Source: Candidatus Nomurabacteria bacterium (lineage in GTDB: Bacteria > Patescibacteriota > Minisyncoccia > Phycocordibacterales > UBA9973). From it: a stretch of 49,352 bases of DNA. This document shows positions 1-7,396 of this stretch, piece by piece. Each line of letters begins with the position of its first letter. Position 1 is the stretch's first letter. Location: NCBI GenBank assembly GCA_016186435.1, contig JACPLQ010000020.1:1-49352 (forward strand), written 5' to 3'. The notes beneath the pieces were generated by a model. That model was not told where the DNA came from. It saw only the letters and a list, made by a program, of their open reading frames with translations, and ran no database searches. The translations under genes and the position numbers were made by a program.

Positions 1-1023
1 TTTATCATTTAGTATTCTTTCTATTTCCGAACTCAATATATTTGCAGTCATATTCGCTTCTTCTATGACACTACAGGCTCCCGCCCGCGCATAACTGAAA
101 GCATTTTTCTTGGAATGGTTCGCGTTTGAATTTGTAAACGGAATAAGAATAGACGGCACTTCCCAAGAAGCAATCTCAAACAAAGTGGACCCTGCCCGCG
201 ATACGATAAGAGTTGCCGCTCCAGCGGCCATTTTAAGCTGTAATGAATTTAAAAAATCTATAGGTCGATATCTGGATTTATTTTTATTTCCAGAAAGTAC
301 GACTTCGGACTGCGCGGAAACCGTTTTAAAATTTTTCACGCCAGTCTGATGTATGACTTGATATTTTTCCACGAGCCGCGGCAAAGCATCTAGAATAGCA
401 TTATTAATTAGTTCCGCCCCCTGTGAGCCGCCTAGTATTACGATAGTCGGAAGATCAGATTCAAGTTTAAAATAGGAAAGCGCCTCAGCGCGGGATGCGT
501 CATGCTCTATTTCGCTTCTTATCGGCTGGCCTGTCCAAGCTGTCTTCTCTTTTGGAAAATGTTCCGCTGCTTCAGGAAATGACACGGCGATTTTTTTGGC
601 AAAACGCCCCGCCCATTTATTTACCCGTCCCGGAGCGCAGTCGGATTCATGTATGAGTACTGGAATGCGCAGCATATGAGCGGCAAAAATAGTCGGAAAC
701 GAAGCATATCCGCCCTTGCCGAAAACAACATCCGGATAAATTGAAAATAATTTATAAACCGCGTTGATAGTTCCGAAGAAAATTTTAAAAACGTCGGAAA
801 AATTCCTAAAAGAAAAATAAGTGCGCATCTTCCCGGATATTATTTCTTCATAAAAAAGTTCATTCTCTTTGAGGAGAGCTTTGTCGTATGGGCTGTCAGA
901 AATATAATAAAGCTTGGCGCCTATTATGTGTTCGTGGTCTATTATCTCGTTCACTTTTTGAACAACGGCAATAATTGGATAAAAATGTCCGCCTGTTCCT
1001 CCGCCCGTAAAAACTATTTTCAT
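1..1023 (-). CDS. murG: MurG glycosyltransferase; C-terminal end lies beyond the window start
   Basis: Minus-strand frame stays open from position 1 to the ATG at 1023. N-terminus reads MKIVFTGGGTGGHFYPIIAVVQKV (GGGTGGH motif). Downstream of mraY and ftsW in dcw-cluster order. Absent from the ORF track because no stop lies inside the window. Confidence 0.85.
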   Translation of the reverse strand, partial: MKIVFTGGGTGGHFYPIIAVVQKVNEIIDHEHIIGAKLYYISDSPYDKALLKENELFYEEIISGKMRTYFSFRNFSDVFKIFFGTINAVYKLFSIYPDVVFGKGGYASFPTIFAAHMLRIPVLIHESDCAPGRVNKWAGRFAKKIAVSFPEAAEHFPKEKTAWTGQPIRSEIEHDASRAEALSYFKLESDLPTIVILGGSQGAELINNAILDALPRLVEKYQVIHQTGVKNFKTVSAQSEVVLSGNKNKSRYRPIDFLNSLQLKMAAGAATLIVSRAGSTLFEIASWEVPSILIPFTNSNANHSKKNAFSYARAGACSVIEEANMTANILSSEIERILNDK

Positions 1024-1028
1024 AATAT

Positions 1029-2126
1029 TTAGTGTTTTTGAAATTTAGATATATTAAGCACGATGCCAATAGCCATAAGATATATCATAAGCGAAGTCCC
1101 GCCGTGGCTCATGAACACCAGCGGCACGCCGGTCAACGGAAAGACTCCGGTAATGGAAGCTATGTGCATAAACGACTGCACTGTAATGAGTATAACAATT
1201 CCGGATACCATTAGTCCACTGAATAAATCAGGAGCTCGGTTGGCTATACGGAAGCCTCGCAAAAGAAAAAGCACGTATAAAAATATCACTGAAATCGCCC
1301 CGATAAAACCAAGTTCTTCCCCTAACACAGCGTAAATAGAATCTCCCTGCGGCTCCGGCAGGTAACTGAATTTTTGAACGCTTTGCCCGAATCCCCGGCC
1401 GAATATTCCGCCCGACCCGAGCGCGATAAGTGATTGCTGGATTTGATACGAAGATCCTCGAGCATCTTGCGCAGGATTGATAAAGGTCTGAACCCGTTCT
1501 TGCAGGTACGGATTAAAATACACCAATGCGCCTAAGACGAGAGCAAAGCCAAAGCCTACCCCAAAAATGTACTTCATCGGCACTCCCGAAACAAAAAGCA
1601 TAGATACGCCGGTAATCGCGATTAAAATAAAACTTTTGGTGTCAGGCTGTTTGAATAAAACCACGGCAATGATCGCTATCATTATTCCGAAGGGCAGGAT
1701 ACCAAATCTAAAATCCTGCACGCGATGCTTTACCCAGGACAGCCACGCCGCAAAATAAATCACAAAACCGAATTTTAAAAACTCTACCGGCTGAAATCGC
1801 ATAAAACCTAAATCTATCCAACGTGTCGCTCCGCCGTGGCTCCAACCTAAAGACGGCACAAAGACCAGAGCTGTGAGAATGATTGAGCCGAGAAAAAGGA
1901 GGAAAGAATAATTGCGCCAGAATTTATAATTTATTTTTAAGCAGACGTACATGCCGACAAGACCGAGACCGAGACCGAGCACAAGCTGGCTCCAAAGCAC
2001 GGAATAAAAAGTCTGCTGATTTTTGGCTAAAATTCCGAGTGACGCGGAAACAAAAATAGCCACGCCCACAGAAAGAAGCATAAATATTATTACCAAAAAA
2101 AATCTGTCTACTTTTTTTTCTTTCAT
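1029..2126 (-). CDS. ftsW: FtsW/RodA/SpoVE-family cell-division membrane protein
   Basis: ORF 1029-2144 is a polytopic membrane protein of the FtsW/RodA type, between mraY and murG. The TTG at 2144 lies inside a palindromic element, so the ATG at 2126 (MKEKKVDRFF) is preferred. Confidence 0.85.
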   Translation of the reverse strand: MKEKKVDRFFLVIIFMLLSVGVAIFVSASLGILAKNQQTFYSVLWSQLVLGLGLGLVGMYVCLKINYKFWRNYSFLLFLGSIILTALVFVPSLGWSHGGATRWIDLGFMRFQPVEFLKFGFVIYFAAWLSWVKHRVQDFRFGILPFGIMIAIIAVVLFKQPDTKSFILIAITGVSMLFVSGVPMKYIFGVGFGFALVLGALVYFNPYLQERVQTFINPAQDARGSSYQIQQSLIALGSGGIFGRGFGQSVQKFSYLPEPQGDSIYAVLGEELGFIGAISVIFLYVLFLLRGFRIANRAPDLFSGLMVSGIVILITVQSFMHIASITGVFPLTGVPLVFMSHGGTSLMIYLMAIGIVLNISKFQKH

Positions 2127-2135
2127 AATTCTTTC

Positions 2136-2171
2136 AAGAGGCAAGGCCTAACGTGTTAGGCCTTGCCTCTT
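2136..2171. repeat. GC-rich palindromic element, family 1 (intergenic, mraY|ftsW)
   Basis: AAGAGGCAAGGCCTAAC-gt-GTTAGGCCTTGCCTCTT. Same core as 21519-21556. Confidence 0.7.
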
Positions 2172-2173
2172 AT

Positions 2174-3229
2174 TCACCTGCTAATTATTGCCAAAATTAC
2201 ACCAATAATCGCAAACATGACGGATATTACCCAGAATCGCATCGTAACTTTATAAGAAGACCAGCCTATCGCTTCAAAATGGTGATGAATAGGGGCAAGT
2301 TTGAATATTCTTTTGCCTCCGCGAAATTTTTTTGAAAGCATCTGTAGAATCACTGAACCGGAACTGATAACGAGAGGCATTGCCACCACAGGAAGGACCA
2401 AAACCGAGTCAGTCAGAAACGCCATAGTGGCGAGCGTAATAGTCAGGCCCATTATTCCCGTCTCTCCCATGTAAAACCTCGCCGGTGGAATATTGAACCA
2501 CAAAAATGCGAGAGTCACGCCCATGATAACTCCGGAAAAAGCTGCAAGATCGAGCTGATTGTTAGCCAGAGCTATAATAGAGTAGGCGCCAAAGATTGAT
2601 GCCAGCACCCCTCCTGAAAGCCCGTCTATGCCGTCTATGACTCCGCCGGAAAAAGTCGCCAGCGCAACTATTACAAAAAATGGAATAACTAAAATTCCTA
2701 GATAAATTTCTCCGCCAAATGGGATATGGATAGAAGTTAATCCTAATTTATAAAAAAACCACATACCGATAAAAACTGAAACTACACCCACTAAAAATGC
2801 TTTCCATTTGCGCCAAGACGCATCATCTCGCGCGAATATGCCGTTTCCGTAAATTTGTATAAGGTCATCCCATAAACCAATCAGAGAGCCCAAGAGAAGA
2901 GTAAAAAAAGGAATTAAAGTCTGATTCCTGCTTAAAAAATTGACTTCTTCCATAGCTGGATACGGAAACAGAACCGAAGCGAAGTAAAAAACTAACGTAG
3001 TTAGGAGCGCTGAAACCCAGATGATTATTCCTCCGACACGCGGAGTTACCAGTTCTTCCGCCTCATTGTGCACGGTGTGAAATTCTTCAGCGTGAGCGTC
3101 CAGATTCCTGGAATATTTCTTCCACATTTTATATTTGTAGAAATAATGTGTGGCGAGAGGAGTGATAGCAAGGGCAATAAAAAAAGCGAAGGCTGTCGGT
3201 ATGGAAATTTTAATTAAGTTTAAAAGCAT
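2174..3229 (-). CDS. mraY: phospho-N-acetylmuramoyl-pentapeptide transferase
   Basis: 351-aa polytopic membrane protein with MraY-type motifs (GLWDDLIQ, APIHHHFE). dcw-cluster position. Confidence 0.9.
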   Translation of the reverse strand: MLLNLIKISIPTAFAFFIALAITPLATHYFYKYKMWKKYSRNLDAHAEEFHTVHNEAEELVTPRVGGIIIWVSALLTTLVFYFASVLFPYPAMEEVNFLSRNQTLIPFFTLLLGSLIGLWDDLIQIYGNGIFARDDASWRKWKAFLVGVVSVFIGMWFFYKLGLTSIHIPFGGEIYLGILVIPFFVIVALATFSGGVIDGIDGLSGGVLASIFGAYSIIALANNQLDLAAFSGVIMGVTLAFLWFNIPPARFYMGETGIMGLTITLATMAFLTDSVLVLPVVAMPLVISSGSVILQMLSKKFRGGKRIFKLAPIHHHFEAIGWSSYKVTMRFWVISVMFAIIGVILAIISR

Positions 3230-3248
3230 AGATAAATTATAACATTTT

Positions 3249-3542
3249 TTAAATTCTTACTCCTTCTTTGATTAAAAGCGCTCGCTTGGCTTTCGTCCCG
3301 CCCCTGCCTGAATATCCGCCCAAGCTTCCGTCGCTCCTAATGACTCGATGGCAAGGTATTTCTACTATAAGAGGATTTGCGCCGACAGCATTAGCGACTG
3401 CCCGCACAGCGTCCAGCCTGCCGATTCGCCTCGCTAGCTCTTTGTAAGTAATAGTTTTTCCTTTTGGAATATGAAGGAGCGCCTTCCAGACTTTTTTCTG
3501 AAACGCAGTGCCTTTTAATTTTTCTACATTAATCTTAACCAT
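3249..3542 (-). CDS. ogt: methylated-DNA--protein-cysteine methyltransferase, active-site domain only (97 aa)
   Basis: Contains the PCHRV active-site motif ([17 protein letters not shown]). The short form lacks the N-terminal domain. Confidence 0.85.
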   Translation of the reverse strand: MVKINVEKLKGTAFQKKVWKALLHIPKGKTITYKELARRIGRLDAVRAVANAVGANPLIVEIPCHRVIRSDGSLGGYSGRGGTKAKRALLIKEGVRI

Positions 3543-3545
3543 TTT

Positions 3546-3818
3546 TTATTTAAACATTTTGCAAAATGACAAAATGTTCCTTCCCCTCTTAGTAAGGCTA
3601 TGCATTACGAACCGACCTTCGTATCTTTTTTCCACTAGCCCGGCATCTGCTAATTTGCGTATGTGGTCAGAAATCGTAAAAAATCCAACATTCAAGTTCT
3701 GAGATATATCATCAACCGATAAATTTGAAATTCTTCCTAAGAGTTCCAAAATTTGAATCCTTCTGTGGTTGGCGAACCCCTTCACAATTTTCTCAACTCT
3801 TTTATATTTTATATTCAT
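3546..3818 (-). CDS. ArsR/SmtB-family winged-helix transcriptional regulator
   Basis: 90 aa with an ArsR-like HTH region (FANHRRIQILELL...ISDHIRKLADAGLVEKR). No obvious alpha-3 CXC metal site. Flanked by 29-bp perfect inverted repeats. Confidence 0.8.
   Translation of the reverse strand: MNIKYKRVEKIVKGFANHRRIQILELLGRISNLSVDDISQNLNVGFFTISDHIRKLADAGLVEKRYEGRFVMHSLTKRGRNILSFCKMFK
3548..3576. promoter_or_regulatory. 29-bp box containing the palindrome CATTTTGCAAAATG (left inverted repeat, in the arsR-like 3' end, upstream of ogt)
   Basis: ATTTAAACATTTTGCAAAATGACAAAATG is the perfect reverse complement of 3835-3863. Confidence 0.6.
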
Positions 3819-3824
3819 AAAATC

Positions 3825-3833
3825 TATTATGCA
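3825..3833 (-). promoter_or_regulatory. extended -10 box TGCATAATA, 6 nt before the ArsR-family ATG (3818)
   Basis: Read on the minus strand: TGCATAATA-gatttt-ATG. Confidence 0.45.
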
Positions 3834-3834
3834 T

Positions 3835-3863
3835 CATTTTGTCATTTTGCAAAATGTTTAAAT
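3835..3863. promoter_or_regulatory. 29-bp box containing CATTTTGCAAAATG (right inverted repeat, arsR-like promoter region)
   Basis: CATTTTGTCATTTTGCAAAATGTTTAAAT. The TTGCAA core lies 16 nt upstream of the ATAATA -10 box of the ArsR-family gene. Confidence 0.6.
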
Positions 3864-3973
3864 GTTAATACACCACTTTTTGCGATTTATATTCCATACT
3901 TTTGCAATTGTCTGCCCCGTAGCAAGCTATGCTTTGCTTCGGGGTGGCATACTTTGATTTGCGTCTCCATGCT

Positions 3974-3982
3974 TGTTATAAT
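3974..3982 (+). promoter_or_regulatory. extended -10 box TGTTATAAT, 12 nt before ATG 3995
   Basis: TGTTATAAT-accatttctgca-ATG. Confidence 0.5.
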
Positions 3983-3994
3983 ACCATTTCTGCA

Positions 3995-4822
3995 ATGGAC
4001 AAAAAAGATATGAGAAAAATCCAACTACTAGCAGTACTGATAATATTTTTAATACCAGTCATCACTTCTTCCCTGCTGGACTTGAAACAGCAGAAAGAAC
4101 AAGCGGCCGCTTATCAAGCATTGCTCTCCGCGCAGGAGATCCAAAGGATTGCCGAGAAAAAAAATTATCTCATGGGCAAATTTAACCCCGGCGGGCGAGA
4201 GGATTTTGTTTTAATTCCCAAAGAACACACCACCTTGTCTGTTCCAATGTATTTAAGGCAAGAAGCTTATGACGCATTTTTAAAAATGTCGGCCGCGGCC
4301 AAACTCGACGGCATAAAATTAAGAATCGCCTCGGCCACCCGCAACTTTGATTATCAGAAGGTCATCTGGGATAACAAATGGTCCGGCGCCACATTGGTTG
4401 ACGGCGAAAATTTAGCCGAGAGCATTACCGGCGGTCCTGAGCGGTTTCAGAAGATACTGGAATACAGCGCCGCGCCTGGCACCTCGCGGCACCACTGGGG
4501 CACGGACATAGATGTATATTACGCCATCCCTGCTTTTTTTGAAACCGGTAAGGGTAAAAAGATATATGACTGGCTGGTGGTCAACGCCCCCACATTTGGT
4601 TTTTGCCAGGTATACAACGAAAAAGGAACTGACCAGTTTGCAGGTTATCACGAAGAAAAGTGGCACTGGTCTTATCTCCCCCTCGCGCGCAATTTAACGC
4701 AAGAATATAAAACACTGATAACCTTAGAAGATCTGGACGGCGTTAGCTTCCTCGGCTCCGAATTCGTCCCAGAGAATCTAATCAACGACTACGTCTTGAG
4801 CATCAACCCCGAGTGCCTGTAG
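3995..4822 (+). CDS. M15-family (VanY-like) D-alanyl-D-alanine carboxypeptidase with N-terminal membrane anchor
   Basis: Zn-peptidase motifs SRHHWGTDIDV and EEKWHWSY. Hydrophobic N-terminus LLAVLIIFLIPVI. A TGTTATAAT box at 3974-3982 makes the ATG at 3995 the likely start rather than 3929. Confidence 0.8.
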   Translation: MDKKDMRKIQLLAVLIIFLIPVITSSLLDLKQQKEQAAAYQALLSAQEIQRIAEKKNYLMGKFNPGGREDFVLIPKEHTTLSVPMYLRQEAYDAFLKMSAAAKLDGIKLRIASATRNFDYQKVIWDNKWSGATLVDGENLAESITGGPERFQKILEYSAAPGTSRHHWGTDIDVYYAIPAFFETGKGKKIYDWLVVNAPTFGFCQVYNEKGTDQFAGYHEEKWHWSYLPLARNLTQEYKTLITLEDLDGVSFLGSEFVPENLINDYVLSINPECL

Positions 4823-4944
4823 TGAGTAAATTCCGCATATGTTGAAATTACTCACATCTACGCTATAGCGTAGATTCAATCCCTGGGGACTTCCCTAGTA
4901 ATATCTCTAGGGGTTCATTCTAATGTTCTATAGAATTTTAGAAT
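4822..4944. terminator. four consecutive hairpins in the convergent intergenic region
   Basis: - GTGAGTAA/TTACTCAC (4822-4855)
- 20-nt perfect palindrome ATCTACGCTATAGCGTAGAT (4856-4875)
- CCCTAG/CTAGGG (4893-4912)
- ATTCTAA/TTAGAAT enclosing TTCTATAGAA (4917-4944). Confidence 0.45.
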
Positions 4945-4977
4945 AACACTTTTTCGTGACCGCGAAATTCCGTTATG

Positions 4978-6750
4978 TCAGTAAACTTCCTGCTGGTAAC
5001 ACTTTTCACAGTACACTATTTCCGGCCGCTCCGGAGCATAGGTGGTCTCAAATTCCACTTTACATTTTCCTTTGCCATGAAAATGTTCTGTTGTCGCTTG
5101 TGATGAGCCAGTCGAACCGCACATGCAATCTCGGTGATATAATTTCAATTCCGGCATAATTTTGCATCTTTCATAATACCTGCAATTCGGGCAAAGGATC
5201 GGAAGAGGTATTTGATGCTTCTTATAAAAATTCAGTTCATAATTGGTGATTCGAAAGGCTTCCGTACACTGATGAGTGCAAATTCCTTTGTGTTCACATC
5301 CCAATACTTCATTTAAAATATTTTCATCAACTTCATCTAGGTCATCGGGAATTTCATCTGCTGTGATTGTAATTTCAAAATTTCTTTGTTCTGGATTCCT
5401 CCACGCATATCCTCTTTTTTGGACCTCCTCTCGAGTTAAAGGCGCGAGTTCTTGCGCCAGGGTTTCGTTGTATGACCAGGGTGAAAGTTCGATGGGGAAA
5501 AATTCGCCGTAATTGTATTTTATTCCTATCTTGTCTATGAAAGGGATGTCTTTCATCTGTTGAATAATCTTTTGTCGAATATTCTTAAAATCTTCTTTGG
5601 AATATTTTTTATTGAAAATAGCGTATTCTATACTTCGGAGTGAGATACAGCCCAAAATATTTGAGCAATTTCTGCAGGAATCAGTATAATCTGCGTCCCG
5701 CACCGAACTTATGGCGTTGTGGGTAAACTTAACATTGAAATTATCTAATGCCCCAGTGATATACTCATATAAAAGTTCTGAATCTTTTCCATAATCAAAG
5801 TCCATGGAATCTTTATAATTATAGCCTCTATAGCAATAGCGGGCATTTTCCACGTTGTATATCTCGAAACAATTCTTGCAATTTTTGACGTTTAAAAGTC
5901 TGTCTCCGGTGGCATTTACTGACTGGGTAATATTAGTAAAACGATATATCGCCTTTTTCTTGATATCTGAAAATTCTTCTTGCAAAAAATTACGCGAAGC
6001 TCTGCTCTTTAAATTAAATTTTTCCAGCTCTTTAAAATACTCATTTTTCGTATATTGTGTATTTTTAATGCAAAACTTTTTATTACGCAAATTATAGGAA
6101 AGAAAGCAATTACTGCAATTTATGCAGTCCACCAGATAATAAGAATCTAGACAATTTTTAGAAGAAAAAAGATATTGGCAATTATAATTACCCTGGCCTT
6201 CTACATTTTCATATAAAATTTCGGAACCGCTTATGATATTCAGAGAATCAACTATATCTTTCGAACCGTCTACGTTTTTGGAATAAAAAATATTTTCAGA
6301 TTCTTTCGTTACAGAATAAGACAAGTAGACACTACGAGAGTCAGTGGCCATATTTGCATAATCCGAATTGATAGCGTTTCGTTGCCATAATGCCAACCGA
6401 GGAACGACATCCTGTAGCTCTTTATATTGTTCGAAAAAATTACGGGAAAAATCATACTCACGACCATGTGAAAGAGGATCCCATGCATCGCCAAACCAAC
6501 ATTCACGGCAATAAACGGGAAAAGGAACATCAACATTGTACATGGCTATTATGTTTTTATTACAAAGATCACACGTACGGCGGTATAACGTTCTTTCGTT
6601 GCGCCAGGTAAATCTTCGTATCCGTCGACACCATGGGCAAAAGGTCGGCGGCGGGACTTTAATCTTTTCATAAAATCCAAAATCGTCCGGCTCAATGACG
6701 AAGTCCTGTTTGCAATTCTGGCATATTCGGTTTTCTGTCTTGTAGTTCAT
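4978..6750 (-). CDS. large cysteine-rich multi-CxxC protein, paralog A
   Basis: N-terminal zinc ribbons (CQNCKQDF...CPWCR, CDLC...CREC). Internal repeat ending in ...NKKFCIKNTQYTKNEYFKELEKF. C-terminal ribbon ...ERPEIVYCEKC. Start moved to the ATG at 6750 (MNYKTEN); the track start at 6765 is a TTG inside the palindromic box. Confidence 0.75.
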   Translation of the reverse strand: MNYKTENRICQNCKQDFVIEPDDFGFYEKIKVPPPTFCPWCRRIRRFTWRNERTLYRRTCDLCNKNIIAMYNVDVPFPVYCRECWFGDAWDPLSHGREYDFSRNFFEQYKELQDVVPRLALWQRNAINSDYANMATDSRSVYLSYSVTKESENIFYSKNVDGSKDIVDSLNIISGSEILYENVEGQGNYNCQYLFSSKNCLDSYYLVDCINCSNCFLSYNLRNKKFCIKNTQYTKNEYFKELEKFNLKSRASRNFLQEEFSDIKKKAIYRFTNITQSVNATGDRLLNVKNCKNCFEIYNVENARYCYRGYNYKDSMDFDYGKDSELLYEYITGALDNFNVKFTHNAISSVRDADYTDSCRNCSNILGCISLRSIEYAIFNKKYSKEDFKNIRQKIIQQMKDIPFIDKIGIKYNYGEFFPIELSPWSYNETLAQELAPLTREEVQKRGYAWRNPEQRNFEITITADEIPDDLDEVDENILNEVLGCEHKGICTHQCTEAFRITNYELNFYKKHQIPLPILCPNCRYYERCKIMPELKLYHRDCMCGSTGSSQATTEHFHGKGKCKVEFETTYAPERPEIVYCEKCYQQEVY

Positions 6751-6771
6751 TTTGTCATTTTGCAAAATGTT
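6748..6771. promoter_or_regulatory. same box overlapping the start codon of cysteine-rich paralog A
   Basis: CATTTTGTCATTTTGCAAAATGTT. The first CAT (6748-6750) is the complement of the ATG start. Confidence 0.55.
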
Positions 6772-6780
6772 ATAATTTCA

Positions 6781-6806
6781 TTCTAAAGTTCTAACGAACT
6801 TTAGAA
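6781..6806 (-). terminator. hairpin after scpB (11-bp perfect stem, 4-nt loop)
   Basis: TTCTAAAGTTC-taac-GAACTTTAGAA, directly after the scpB stop (6808). Confidence 0.5.
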
Positions 6807-6807
6807 C

Positions 6808-7377
6808 TTAATTGGGGTTGGAATTTTCTTCCGCCTTGGCGGACAGTTCTTCCAGATTTTTTGCGGCGGAGTCCAAGGATTCTCTGACTGCCGGCCACTC
6901 CGGCAATTCTTCCACGGAGCGGACACCGAGGTATGAGAGTGTATTGAAACTCGGCTTGTATATGTACCTCCGGCTGTCTTTCTCGTCCGCGGTTTTGTCC
7001 ACGAGCCCGCGGACAGACAGCGCGCGGAGGGTAAAGCTTGAATTGACCCCCCGGATATAATCGATCTCCGCGCGGCTTGCGCCGCCTTTGTAGAGGATGA
7101 TAGAGAGGGTCTCGAGAGACGCCTTGGACAGATCTTTGTTGAGTTCTTCTTTCTGTAGGTTTTCTATGAGCTGTGAAAATTCCGGCGCTGTGCCCAGCAT
7201 GACTTGGTCTCCATTCTCTACGAGTGCGACTCCCCTGCCCACGAGTTCATTTTTTAAATTAAAAACCGCGTCTTTAATTTCGTTTTGGGGAACTTTTAAG
7301 ATATCTTCCAGTTTTTTGAAAGAGACAGGCTCGCCTTTGAAAAATAATACCGCTTCAATTTTAGTTTCTAGGTTCAT
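6808..7377 (-). CDS. scpB: segregation and condensation protein B
   Basis: 189 aa with ScpB-like sequence (EAVLFFKGEPVSFKKLEDIL..., LETLSIILYKGGASRAEIDYIRGV). Directly follows scpA. Confidence 0.9.
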   Translation of the reverse strand: MNLETKIEAVLFFKGEPVSFKKLEDILKVPQNEIKDAVFNLKNELVGRGVALVENGDQVMLGTAPEFSQLIENLQKEELNKDLSKASLETLSIILYKGGASRAEIDYIRGVNSSFTLRALSVRGLVDKTADEKDSRRYIYKPSFNTLSYLGVRSVEELPEWPAVRESLDSAAKNLEELSAKAEENSNPN

Positions 7378-7392
7378 AGTTTCTAGGTTCTA
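7361..7392. repeat. tandem 16-nt duplication spanning the scpB start codon
   Basis: TAGTTTCTAGGTTC occurs at 7362-7375 (coding MNLET) and again at 7378-7391 (immediately upstream). Confidence 0.8.
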
Positions 7393-7396
7393 GAAG

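Noticed and set aside
1961-1978. (GACCGA)x3 hexanucleotide repeat in ftsW as a phase-variation tract.
   Set aside because: There are only three units. The repeat is in frame (encodes LGLGLG in a TM segment), so slippage would not switch the gene off.
3548-3863. ArsR-like gene plus 29-bp inverted repeats as a mobile element (MITE- or IS-like).
   Set aside because: There is no transposase, no recognisable target-site duplication at the repeat ends, and the repeat core coincides with the gene's own promoter. A regulatory interpretation is preferred. Mobility is not excluded.
4856-4912. tRNA-like T-loop sequence (GATTCAATCCC) in the hairpin cluster.
   Set aside because: No acceptor stem, D-arm or anticodon arm can be drawn around it. 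I recognised no tRNA anywhere in the window.
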